Shown here piece by piece: positions 1 to 10,465 of a stretch of 33,663 nucleotides of DNA. Under the pieces are notes generated by a model, which ran no database searches, was not told where the DNA came from, and saw only the letters and a program-made list of their open reading frames with translations. How positions within the stretch are numbered: position 1 is the stretch's first letter; each line of letters opens with the position of its first letter. Position numbers and translations under genes: made by a program. The stretch is from Prasinococcaceae sp. CCMP 1430 (Eukaryota; Plantae; Prasinodermophyta), in contig RQSC01000030.1 in assembly GCA_013416795.1 (NCBI GenBank), forward strand, positions 281,158-314,820, given 5' to 3'.

Positions 1-1
1 G

Positions 2-739
2 GCGGCGGCCGCCGCGGCCGCGGACGCGGTGGGCGGCGACGCGGAGCGGGTGCAGCTCCCCCCGCTGCAGCGCGCCTCCGAGGACAAGTCGGAGGGCTCG
101 GCGGGCCTGTCCGACGATACGGCGGAGGCCCAGCCGCGAGCGCCACCCCCGAGGGCGCTGCCGAGCGGGGGGCCCAAGCGCTGCGTGCAGTGCCGGACCA
201 CGAACACGCCGATGTGGCGCGGCGGCCCGCTGGGCCCCAAGACGCTCTGCAACGCGTGCGGCATCCGACACAAGCTCAACAAGCCGCGAAGGCCCGCGGA
301 CGGCTCGCATTCCAACGCGGCGCCGCGGGCGGAGCGGAGAGCGCGCGGGCCCGGCGAGCGCCCGGCGGAAAACCCGTACGCCAAGCCCGTGCACACCGGT
401 CGCGCGCACTCGTACCGCTCGTCGCGTGGGAGCGACTCGAGCAGCGGCGGCGGCAGCGGCGCCGCGCGCTTCGGCTCGGACGGCAACTACGCCAGCGGCC
501 GCGCCAGCCGGGCGCACCCGCCGCTGCTGACCGTCGAAGACTGCACGCGGCTGTACGACCCCTCGCGCGCCATCGGCGTGCTGGGCTTCGACCGGTGGCT
601 CGAGCAGGAGCGCAGCGGGCGCTCGGCAGGGCGCTTCGCCCTGCAGGACCTGCAGCAGGTGAAGCGCGCATGCAAGGACGGCCTGGCCGACGCGGCGGCT
701 GAGGCTGCGAAGAAGCGGCCCAGAATCGACCTTCGATGA
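2..739 (+). CDS. GATA zinc-finger transcription factor (5' partial; frame is open to the window edge)
   Basis: CVQCRTTNTPMWRGGPLGPKTLCNACG is a C-X2-C-X18-C-X2-C plant-type GATA finger followed by a basic stretch. No ATG precedes the finger in frame, and the frame is stop-free from nt 2. Confidence 0.9.
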   Translation, partial: AAAAAAADAVGGDAERVQLPPLQRASEDKSEGSAGLSDDTAEAQPRAPPPRALPSGGPKRCVQCRTTNTPMWRGGPLGPKTLCNACGIRHKLNKPRRPADGSHSNAAPRAERRARGPGERPAENPYAKPVHTGRAHSYRSSRGSDSSSGGGSGAARFGSDGNYASGRASRAHPPLLTVEDCTRLYDPSRAIGVLGFDRWLEQERSGRSAGRFALQDLQQVKRACKDGLADAAAEAAKKRPRIDLR

Positions 740-1267
740 GAGCAACGTTAGCCCCCAACGGCGGGCCGGGGCGGGCGGACGTTCCGCCCCGACGGCCAGC
801 CGCCACGGCCGGGCATGTGCACTGTGTAGAATAGGCCGACAGCCCCCGCGCGCGCCGCCGACTGTACCATGCTGCTCTCGGCACGGCGGCGCGCAGACGG
901 GACTCCGCTCGGCGGCCAACTCTTGTCATACGACCCTCCGCTCGACGCCACGCGACGGTCTGGGCTATCTCTATTCCTGTCTCCTTCCTTTTGTTGTACC
1001 CTGGGGCGGCGGGCGAGCGAGCAATCGCGCCCCGCCGCCCAGCCCCCTGCGGGGGTGCGCCCCTCGCCCGTCTCCCGGCAGAACTCCCGGAGCGCCGCGG
1101 CGACCCCGCGGGGGCGCTCACCCGCCCCCGCCCACCCGGCGACCGCGTGCCCGCGCGCCGCCGATGTAGTGTACAGTCGTAAGTTAAACAGCCGCAGAAT
1201 GCTGCATATTATGTCAGAGCGTGACGACGTCCGCCACGCCGGGCGTGCAGAGCGCGCGCGCGGCCGT

Positions 1268-2019
1268 CTACAGCATGGCGACGCCACGGTCGATGGCCTC
1301 GACGAGCTCCGGGAAGGGCGGGCTGAAGAAGTGATCGCCAGTCGGCTGCTCGATGTACCAATGCGCGGTGTCGGCGCCTTTCTCTGCGTCTGGAGTGAGC
1401 TCAAGGGCGCTCGCGACCTTGCGCTGGGCACCCACGGGCACGAGGGTATCCAGCCGGCCCGCGAACTGCACCACGAAGCCGCAGTTGGAGCGAATGCGCG
1501 CCCAATCGAAAGGCCTCGAGAAGTACCCGCTCGCGCGCTCGAGCTCGTCGCCGAGGTCGTCGTCGTAGCCTGCGACGAGAACGAGGCCCGCCAGGCGCGT
1601 TTGCTCTGCCACGCGCAGCGCGGCCGCCGCACCGCTGCTGTGGCCCACCAGCACTGTGCCAGCGCCCGCGCCCAGCTCGTTCGTGATGAATGGGACCCAG
1701 ATGCTCTCACGTGCACGCAGCGGATCCGGCATGCCGCCCTGACAGGCGGGCGGGCGGGCGGACGGGCGCGTGCGCTTGTCAGCCGCTGGGCGGCGAACCT
1801 GCCCACGCGAACAAAGGTGCCGTGCGCCAGGGCGGCGCGCTCCGGTCGCGCGGGCGGGCAGGCGGGCGCGCACCCGCGCACCTCGGGCATCCGGACAGTG
1901 TATCCCGCGCCCTGCAGCGCGCGCTCCGCCCAGCCGTAGAAGTTCGACCCGCGGATGCACCCGCCGCCGCCGTTCCCCGGCACGATGGCCACCTCCGGTT
2001 TGCGCCCCGCGCCCTCCAT
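1268..2019 (-). CDS. RBBP9/YdeN-family alpha/beta serine hydrolase, 2 exons (2019-1882, 1738-1268)
   Basis: Exon 1 reads MEGAGRKPEVAIVPGNGGG...NFYGW...RMPE. The intron 1881-1739 has GTGCGC...GCTGAC...TGTCAG. Exon 2 reads GGMPDPLRARESIWVPFI...VLVGHSSGAAAA (GxSxG nucleophile)...D..VP...DHFF. The splice restores the frame. Confidence 0.88.
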
Positions 2020-2761
2020 GCGCGCGCGGGCGCGGCGCAGCCTCGCGCTCGCGCCCCATCGCCTCTGCGGCGTCGGCGCGCGCGCGCGCGGCCGCCGCCG
2101 ACAGCTCGGCGCCCTCGTTGCGCAGGCGCTGCACCTCCGCCGCCATCGACTGCCCGGTGGTGTGCGCGTCTTCCAGGGCGCGCTCCAGCCACGCGTTGTC
2201 GAGCTGTGCCGCCGCCGCCACCTGCGCCTTGGCGGCACCCCTCGCCCACGCGGACGCAGGCAGACTCCCCGTGGCGACCCCAGCTGAGAGCACAGCGCGC
2301 CGCACGGCGCGCGGCGCCGCCGCCGAACGCAGCGCCCCCGCCGGCACTTTTGCGGCGGGAGAGCAGCGCGAGGCGGCTGAGTACCCCCACGGCGCCCTCT
2401 TAGGCCTGGCCGTAGCGCTGCTGGCCCCCGCCCTCTGTTTCCTCCTCCTCGCGGCGTCCTCCGTGGCCTCCCCCGCTTCCGCGCCCTCCTTTCCCCCGGC
2501 ACCCGCATCCGCTGCGTGCGCGGCCGTCGCGCCCAGCTCGACGACCACGGAGCGCTTTGCCTTGGGAGTCGACTTGCGCGGCACGACCACCACGCCCGGC
2601 GCCGCCGCCGCGGATCGCGAGGCCGTTCCGATGCGACGCCGCACAATTGCAATTCGGAATCGGAATCGGCAGCCGCAAGGCGGTGCCCCCCAGACACAGC
2701 CGAGGAAATGGAAAACCCCGTCGACGACAATCATACTGTAACCCAAACCCTTCGCGTCCAT
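2020..2761 (-). CDS. Possible coiled-coil coding segment upstream of and overlapping the hydrolase (hypothetical)
   Basis: ORF 1268..2761 contains the heptad-like QLDNAWLERALEDAHTTGQSMAAEVQRLRNEGAELSAAAARARADAAEAM. No family is recognised and the start is uncertain. Confidence 0.35.
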
Positions 2762-3309
2762 ATTTCAGGTAGGGTTCATAATCGAACTCGCGCAATGCGG
2801 GGTGCTCATCACTATGTTTTTCCCCGTTTGTTCGTTCGACTGTGGATGACGTAAGCTGCTGCTGCCGAGCGCAGATGCCGATTCCGATTGGCCCGACGAT
2901 TGCTGTGCTGATTTGGACGTGCGGGGCAGCAGCGTTTGGGTTGGGGCGCCGCGCGCGCGCGCCACCCGAGCGCCCGGTCAGGGCGTTCTGACGTGATTTT
3001 GAGGGTGGACCCTGATAGTAACCCGAACCCGAACCGCCGCGCGAGCGCGCAAGATGGCTGACGGCCACGACGTGAGTCTCAAGTACGCCACCTCGACCCT
3101 ACCGACTCGTTAAAAGTGTGTGTGCGTGGCAGAGGGGCGGGAAGGGGGTGGGGCGCCATAGGGCGCGCGGCGATCGCGCCCGCGGGAAGACCCCGCGCGC
3201 AATCCACGGCCGAGCCGTGCAGAGGCGGGCCTCGAGCGAGCGGCGCGGGCGTGAGAGGGCGTGAGAGGGCGCGGGCGCGGGCGCGGGCTGCGGCAGCCGG
3301 TTCCGTACC

Positions 3310-5561
3310 ATGGCGACGAAGCTCGTGAAGGCACCGACCATCAAGCAGGACGCGCAGAACACCGCCAAGCTCCCGAGCTCCTTCGCGCACGATGCGATCT
3401 TCATGTCCAACTTCCGCAAGCTCTTCGGCCCCGAAACGCAGGGCCTCGTCGCCGACCTGATCAACGCCGGCCAGGAGCACCTCTTCGACGACTGGGAGCA
3501 GGCGGGCAGCTCCGACGACGTCATGAAGAAGTATCTGGCCGTGCAGCTGAAGAGGCTCAACAAGACCTATCCCGGCGGGCTGGTGGCGTACATCAACAGG
3601 GTGCGCTGCGCGCGCGCGTGGGTGCGGGGCGGGCGGGCGGCCCCGCGCGCCCGCGCAGCCGCAACTGGCAGCGCCGCCGCCACGCCTGCGCGACAGATGC
3701 GCCCGCCGACTCGAGCATGGCTGTTGGCGCTCGGGCGAAGGGCGGCGCGCCGAGCCTGGCCGTGTGACGTGGCATGCGCCCAAGTGGCGGGCCGCGCGTG
3801 CGCATCGCGTGCTGCTGACACGCGCCACTCGCCGCGCCGCCGCTCTCACCTGCCCGCCCGCCCGCCCGCCCGCCCAACCTGCCCCGTGCACTCATTCCGC
3901 CCTTCCGACTGCGATGACGACAGGCGAAGGTGCTGCTCGCCGAGGCGCGCGACGGCGTCAACCCTTTCATGGGGTGCACGCCGTCGGTGCCCGAGGGCGT
4001 CAACCTCAAGTTTGGCGACGCCGATTTCGAGCGCTATGAGCAGCTCGGCCTGAGCGCCGCGAACGAGACGGTCTACGTGCTCGTCGCGGGAGGGCTCGGC
4101 GAACGCCTGGGCTTCTCCGGCATCAAGGTCGCGCTGCCGGTTGAGTCAACCACCTGCATCACCTACCTCCAGACGTACTGCGACGCCATCAAGGCGCTGC
4201 AGGACAAGTCCAACGCGCTCAAGGGCGAGTCGCGCAAGTGCCAGCTCGCAATTATGACCAGCGGGGACACGCACGCCAGGACCAAGGCTCTGCTCGAGGA
4301 GAACGGCTTCTTCTCGCTCGAGCCGGAGCAGGTGGTGCTCATGATGCAGGAGAAGGTGGCGTGCCTGGCAGATAACGACGCGCGCCTGGCGCTTGACATC
4401 GAGGACATCGACGACGACCCTTCCACCGTCGTGATGACCAAGCCCCACGGCCATGGTGACGTGCACCAGCTGATCGCCCAAACTGGGCTGGCCAAGCAGT
4501 GGGTGGCAGGCGGCTTCAAGTGGCTTGTCTTCTTCCAGGACACAAACGCGCTGGCCTTCCGCGCCCTGCCCTCGGCGATCGGCGTGTCGATCGACAGGAG
4601 CTTCGATGTCAACTCGATGACGGTGCCGCGCAAGGCCAAGGAGGCCATCGGCGCCATTACCAAGCTCACCAAGGAGGACGGCTCCTCGATGGTGATTAAC
4701 GTCGAGTACAACCAGCTCGACCCCATGCTGCGCGCGACCACCTACCCCAAGGGCGACGTCAATGACTCCACCGGCTACTCGCCCTTTCCCGGCAACATCA
4801 ACCAGCTGGTGATGAAGCTCGGCCCGTACTGCGAGACGCTCGAGCGCACCGGCGGTCAGATCGCCGAGTTCGTCAACCCCAAGTACACTGACGACACGAA
4901 GACGAAGTTCAAGAAGCCCACGCGCCTCGAGTGCATGATGCAGGACTACCCCAAGGCTGTGCCCAACGCCAACGTGGGCTTCACCTCGATGGCCGGATGG
5001 GCGGCGTACTCGCCTGTCAAGAACAACATCGCGGACGCCGCAAAGAAGGCCGCCTCGGGAAACCCCGCGCACGGCGCCTTCTCGGGGGAGCTGGACATGT
5101 ACGCGTGCAACGTGCGTATGTTCAACGAGGTCGATGGCGTCTCAGTCGATGGCCCGCACAACATCAAACTGCAGACGGCCGGCAACGTGAGGGTGCAGAT
5201 TCCCGCGCGCGTGGTGTACGATGCGGCATTCGCGAGCACCCTGGGCGACCTCAAGGCGAAACTGGGCAAGGTCAAGGTGTGCAAGGGCTCTACGCTCATT
5301 CTGCAGGGCGAGGGCATCGAGCTCAAGAACTTGTTCCTCAACGGCTCGCTGAAGATCAAGGCGTGCCCGGGTGCCAAGGTGGTTGTGGACGGCCTGCGCG
5401 TCAAGAACCACATGTACAAGTGGAGCGGCGTGGAGTCCATCAAGAGGGGTGAGGACGTGCCAGAGATTACCGCCATTCGCGGCTTCACGGTAGCGCCTTT
5501 CGACGGCCCCGTGCTCGAGTTCAGCCGGCCCGGCGAGTACGTCGTCACCGAGCTCCCCTAG
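3310..5561 (+). CDS. USP: UDP-sugar pyrophosphorylase, 2 exons (3310-3600, 3924-5561)
   Basis: Motifs VLVAGGLGERLG, TKPHGHGDVH, VFFQDTN, INVEYNQLDPML, SPFPGNINQL, EFVNPKY and KPTRLECMMQDYP. Intron 3601-3923 (GTGCGC...GACAG) joins YINR|AKVLLAEARDGVNPF in frame. Confidence 0.96.
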
Positions 5562-5648
5562 CTGCGTAATCGACGGGCCGTATGCGGAGTAGAGCAAAGG
5601 TTACAGGAATCGGTGTGTGCTGTGTGTGTTTGATGCGCCCCACGCGCG

Positions 5649-7157
5649 TCACCCGCTGCCGAAAGGCGCGAAGAGGTCTTTCTTTGCCTGCAGACCGTAC
5701 TTGGCCATGAAATTGCTCTGCCAGCGCCGTTTGTCGTTTCGCTTGGCCGTGAACTTGCGGCTCTCGTCAGAGTCGCCCAGCACTCCGGGGCTGCCGCCCG
5801 CGCCGGCCATACCCGCGCGGTCGAGGCGCAGCTGCGCCTCGACCTGCTCTCGCACCTCGTCGGCGGAGGGGGTCGCCAGGCGCATACTCCCTGTTCCGTG
5901 CTGCTGCAATCTCACCGCCATCGCAGGCGGCATCGGCAGCGGCGCCGTGCGCGGTCCGAGCGGCGGCGGCGACGACAATGGTGGCTGAGGCTCTCGTTGG
6001 TACGTCGGACGGCTGCCGCCACCGCTCGCGGCGCTGCCGTTGCCGACGGCGGCGCCTGGGCCCGCCCCGACGCTCGCACTCTGGTGCTGCCGGCGCACGA
6101 ACCTGCCGCTGGGCGATCCCCCCGACTCGGGCCTCGACGGTGAACGCGAGGCCGGCTGCGAGCAGGCCTGCGAGCCAGCCTGCGATGACGCGTGCGAGCT
6201 GCTGCGCGCTCGCACCGAGGGCGGGCGGTTGGCAGGCCTGTGCGTGGGCGTGGGCGCCAGGCGGTGCCTGACGCTCGCCTTGGGCGCCACCTCAGCGGGC
6301 ACCGCGCCAGCAGCGTTGCGCGCGTCCCGGTCGGCCCCGGCGTCGAGCAGCACATCTATCGTGCCCATGCCGCCTGCGAGGGCCGCGAAGTGGAGCGGTG
6401 TGTCGCCTCGCTCAGTGCACGCGCTCGCGGGTGCGCCACGCGCCAGCAGGTCACCCACCACCTCGGCTGCACCGCGTCGCGCGGCGGCGTGCAGCGGCGT
6501 GTAGCCCGCGCTGTCACGGGCGCCAACGTTGGCGCCGGCTAGCACAAGCGCTCGCACACAGGTCCTCTGCGCATTGCCCGCCGCCCAGTGAAGCGGTGTC
6601 TTGCCATCTTCGTCACGCGCATCTACCTCAGCGTTCGCCTCGAGAAGCTCGACGAGCGCCTATGTGCGCCCGCACGCGCATGCGCACGTTCGTGTGTGGC
6701 ATTGCGCGGTCAGCACACTTCGTCAGGCCATCGCTCGCGCGCGGACTGGCGCGGAGGACCGCCCGCCCCCTTTCCGCACACCTGCTCCCGCGCACTAGGA
6801 CGTCCACGAACGCTCGCACGCCGGTTCCGTGCGTACCTCCTCGGCGCCGCGCGTTGCTGCGTAATGCAGTGGTGTTGCGCCGGCGGCGTCGCGCACCCCG
6901 TGCGACGCGCCCGCGGCGAGCAGCTCTCGCGCAGCGGCAGCATGGCCGCCTTCGACGGCGGCGTGCAGCGGTGCCTCGGCCATCATCCCCTTCGAGGGCG
7001 CGCCTGCCAGCTCCACGGTGCCCCGCGCCCCCGCGCTCGTGCACGTAGCCCCAAGCAGCCTTGCGAGCCTCGCGGCGTCGCCCGCAGCGGCCGCCGCATG
7101 CACTGCGGCTGCGGCGCGCCGCCCGTCCTCGCCGCCGTCCGGAGCCACGCCCGGCAT
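5649..7157 (-). CDS. Ankyrin-repeat protein with low-complexity C-terminus, 2 exons (7157-6837, 6659-5649)
   Basis: Repeated TPLHxAA motifs: APLHAAVEGGH, TPLHYAATRG, TPLHWAAGN, TPLHAAARRG, TPLHFAALAG. Intron 6836-6660 (GTACGC...GCTGAC...CATAG) joins GAEE|ALVELLEANAEVDARDEDG in frame. The start Met is uncertain. TGTAA lies on the minus strand at 5605-5601, downstream of the stop. Confidence 0.88.
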
Positions 7158-7776
7158 GCGCCGCTGGCGCCGCCGCGCGGCGCAGCTTGCGGGCGCGGCG
7201 CCTCTCGGCGCGCGTGTGGCGTATTCGCAAGTGCACGTGGGTTCGTGGGACATGCAGGGCAAGGGCGAGGATGCGGGAGGGGGAGGGGGGAGGCGCGAGG
7301 ACGGAGGTGACACCCTCTCGCGGAGTCTACCAAGCCTCATGGGCGCAGCCGCGCGTCGCGATCCCAAATTGACCGCCCGAGCAAAAGCTGCACACACCTG
7401 CGGCGGGGGAACTGGGAAGAGAGCCTTCAATTCGACAAAATGATGAAAGTAAACCCTGGGAGCCGCAGCACGGCCCCTAAAGGAGCGCGTGGCCCCCGCC
7501 AGACCCAACCCGAGCGCGAACCAGGCAGCCGGTGGCAGGCGAACGCACAGGCGCCTCCGTCGCTCAGAGAAGACAGGCATCGACGGCAGCGCGCCGCGAG
7601 TGCGGAGAGGACGTGACTCGTTACAACGTGGAGCCGCGCGCGCGCGTGGTTGGCGGGTTGCTGGCGGGTGGAGTCGGGGTCGTTGCGGCGCCTCGTGCGG
7701 AGTGCACGCGTGCGCGCCGCGGCGAAGTGGCGGAGATGTGGAGAGGCGACGGCTGGTCGCGATGCGCCTCGATGGC

Positions 7777-8389
7777 TCACATCTTGCTGGCGGCGACGAG
7801 GCAGCCAACGCCGAAGGCCGCGCACGAGACGGTGTTGGCGATGGCCATCTCCTTCTTGAACTGGCCCTTGGACTGCTGGTCCCACATCAGGAGGGGCGCG
7901 GTGAGCCACCACGCGGCCTGCGCCTGCAGGCCGCGCTTGGTCGGGTTCTCCGAGGCCGCGGCTGCCATCAACGCCCCGCCGGCGAGGGCATGGCCGCAGA
8001 ACTTGAGCTGCGAGTTGGTGTTGCCATCGCTGCGCGTGGGTGAAGGGTAGCGCGACTGTCAGCACGTAGCGCGGGCGGCCCGCGCGGGCGATGCGGCGGG
8101 GCGCACGTACGTCCAGTACATCTTGCGGCACGTCTCCGGCATGAGCAGGCACTGCGCCGAGTAACCAGCCGCGCCAACGGCGGTAGCCTTGCACATGAAC
8201 TTGCCATCGATGGTCTGAGAGAGAGTCGCAGCGATAGCAGCGGTGTCGATGACGACGGTGACACCAGCGACGAAGGCGTGCGGGGGCACCGGCAGCACGT
8301 TGCCGCGCGGGATCGCAGCGCGCCGCGTCAGCGGCGGGCGCGAGGCGCCAGCGCGCGCGCGCGCGATCGGCGCAGCAACGCACCACCAT
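7777..8389 (-). CDS. Small (~125 aa) hydrophobic membrane protein, 3 exons (8389-8384, 8214-8111, 8055-7777)
   Basis: Introns 8383-8215 (GTGCGT...CTCTCAG) and 8110-8056 (GTACGT...CTGACAG) give MV|TIDGKFMCKATAVGAAGYSAQCLLMPETCRKMYWT|RYPSP...HALAGGALMAAAAS...AAWWLTAPLLMW...ANTVSCAAFGVGCLVAASKM. Codon usage looks coding and there are 3-4 hydrophobic segments. Family not recognised. Confidence 0.7.
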
Positions 8390-8602
8390 GGTCGCGGGCG
8401 AAAGGAGGCAGAGGAGGGTGCGCAGGCGGATCGGGTGCTGTGCCGGCGCGTTGAAAGTGCGGAGTGCCGCCGCAGCCTTCGGGTGGCGGTGGGAGAGGGG
8501 GCACACTCTTGCCGAGGGGCGCCTCGCAGTCCGCGCCCGCCGGGGCCGCCCCTCGCGGCATCTTCCGGGGCCGCTCCCGCACACAGAGACGCGCGCCGGC
8601 GG

Positions 8603-8809
8603 TTACAGCGAGCGCGGCGTCGCGCGGCGCGTCCGCGCGGCGCACCCACGCACCTCCTCGTCACGCTTGCGCTTCGCCGCCCCCGCCTCCGGCTCGTCGT
8701 CGAGCAGCTCATCCTCCTCCTCTTCGTCCTCCACCTCCTCCTTGACCTCGGGCGCCGGCTCCGGCTCCGGCTCCGGCTTGCGCTCCTCGTCGTCGCCTGC
8801 TTCGGCCAT
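8603..8809 (-). CDS. Short acidic ORF/exon (MAEAGDDEERKPEPEPEPAPEVKEEVEDEEEEDELLDDEPEAGAAKRKRDEE)
   Basis: Coding-like acidic sequence with a KRKR basic cluster, followed by a consensus GTGCGT donor at 8653. The downstream exon is unresolved; unspliced, it stops at 8603. Confidence 0.45.
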   Translation of the reverse strand: MAEAGDDEERKPEPEPEPAPEVKEEVEDEEEEDELLDDEPEAGAAKRKRDEEVRGCAARTRRATPRSL

Positions 8810-9061
8810 CGCTCCGCGCGGCGCCCGCCCGGCGCGGCCCGGCCGAGGGTCACGCGCGCAACCCCCTCGCTCGAGGCCTGCGCGCAGCGCCGCTCCCCCC
8901 AACCGCCGACGCCTATCCAAAAAGCCCTTCTTTTTTTTCCTCGCGTTTTGACGTACAGTATGTACTACGGCACGCGCGGGCCTTTCGCGGGTCCCTTCGA
9001 GAAAAAAAGATGCCCCGAGGTCAAACGAGGTGGATGGAGCCGGGGTCGCCCGACGACGCAC

Positions 9062-9665
9062 ACTCAAACAAATCAAAAATCAAAATAAAAATAAATAAAT
9101 ATTGTCCATCAAAACAACGCTTCAGTAGTACTACACTGTCTGTACGTGCAATAAAAGTAAAATCGAAATAAAAATCAAAATCAAAATCAAAATCAAAATA
9201 AACGTGAAAAATCATGCAATACTGTACGTGCAATAAAAACAAAATAAAAATAAAATAAAAAAAAAACATGAAAAATCCTCGCCCATCGCCGCCCTTGCGC
9301 GAGCGTCGCCGTCGCCACCGCCATCCGACGACAAGGCGATCAAAAATCAAAAACAAAAACAAAAACGTAAAAAAAAAAAAAAAAAACGTCCGATCCGGCG
9401 GTCGGTTGGCGGTTGGGCCGCCGCGCGCGGCGCGCGCGCGCGGAGCCGCGATAATTTTTATTTTTATTTTTATTATTATTTTAAAGTACGTACTTTTATT
9501 GCACGCACAGACAGTGTATTGTATTTTCGGATGGTGATGGAGACGGTTGTTGGCGATGATTGTGTCCTGCAACTTTATTTTGATTTGATTTGATTTTATT
9601 TCCGGATGGTGATGGTGATTTTATTTGTTGGTGATGGCGCCTCTTTTTGATTTTGATTTTTTTAA
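9062..9665. repeat. AT-rich foldback-like island: A-rich left arm, GC core, T-rich right arm, with a 28-bp inverted repeat
   Basis: 9132-9159 TACACTGTCTGTACGTGCAATAAAAGTA matches the reverse complement of 9491-9518 (TACACTGTCTGTGCGTGCAATAAAAGTA) at 27/28. (AAAATC)n occurs on the left and (GATTTT)n-like tracts on the right. Confidence 0.8.
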
Positions 9666-10393
9666 AATGGCGATTGCGATTCGCTGGCGCCGCGCGCCAC
9701 AGCGCGCGCGCCGCGCGCGCGGGCGCGCGCGCCCTACCACGCGGCGGCGCGGGCGAAGGCAGCGGCGCAGCGGGGGGGGGCGAGGGCGACGGCCGCACGC
9801 AGTTCGAGCGGCTGCAGCCGTGGGAGAGCGTGGTGAGCCGCTGGTCGCGCGACGCGTATCTCGCCGAGACGCCAGAGGAGCGCGCGCTGCCGCCCGAAGA
9901 GCGCCTCGATCGCGCCAACCGGCGGCGCGCGCGCGCGCTCCGCGAGGCCGAGGACGAGATCGCGAGGTTCGAGAAGGAGAAGGCCCGACGCGTGGAGGAG
10001 GCGTGCGCGGACGCGGTCGCCGCGCTCGAGCGCTGCACTCGCGCTCACTACTTCCTCGTCGCACCCCTCAAGTGCGGCGCCGAGCAAGAGGCGCTCGACA
10101 GGTGCCGCCGACTGGCGCGCTTCGGAGCTGCCGACGACGAAGAGGACGAGCGGGCCGACGGCGAGTTGCCGCCGCCGCCGCCGCCGCGCTCGGACGCCGC
10201 CGACGGGCTCGTCAAGCTCTTCACGCCACCGAGCCCCCCGGACTGGATTCTCAGGCCGCTGCAGAGCGCCTACGCCTACCAGCAAGAGCTCTTCGAGGGG
10301 CTGGCGCGCAGCACGGGCCTGGTCGGCGAGCCAAGCGGGGGTGGCACTGCGCCCGCCGCTGAGCGCGAGCGTGCAGGCAGCGCTGGCAAGTAG
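9647..10393 (+). CDS. Twin CX9C (CHCH / Cmc1-like) protein; true start unresolved
   Basis: EKARRVEEA-C-ADAVAALER-C-TRAHYFLVAPLK-C-GAEQEALDR-C has two CX9C motifs 12 aa apart. The frame has no ATG. The nearest ATG (9667) is in another frame. Confidence 0.65.
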   Translation: MILIFLKWRLRFAGAARHSARAARAGARALPRGGAGEGSGAAGGGEGDGRTQFERLQPWESVVSRWSRDAYLAETPEERALPPEERLDRANRRRARALREAEDEIARFEKEKARRVEEACADAVAALERCTRAHYFLVAPLKCGAEQEALDRCRRLARFGAADDEEDERADGELPPPPPPRSDAADGLVKLFTPPSPPDWILRPLQSAYAYQQELFEGLARSTGLVGEPSGGGTAPAAERERAGSAGK

Positions 10394-10465
10394 GAGGCCC
10401 CTTGTGCGCGGCGCGCACGCGCACGAGGAAGGGTGCGAGCCGCCGCCGCGCGGAGCCGAGCATCG

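Noticed and set aside
2400-3068. ORF 2400..3068 (-) as a protein gene
   Set aside because: GTG start, no recognisable motif, and it spans the lower-GC divergent intergenic/promoter region between the hydrolase locus and USP.
3054-3309. ATGGCTGACGGCCACGAC|GTGAGT as an extra first coding exon of USP
   Set aside because: The donor is canonical, but the acceptor at 3296 is out of frame with USP and the one at 3222 meets an in-frame TGA. At most it is a uORF or 5'-UTR intron; unsupported without cDNA.
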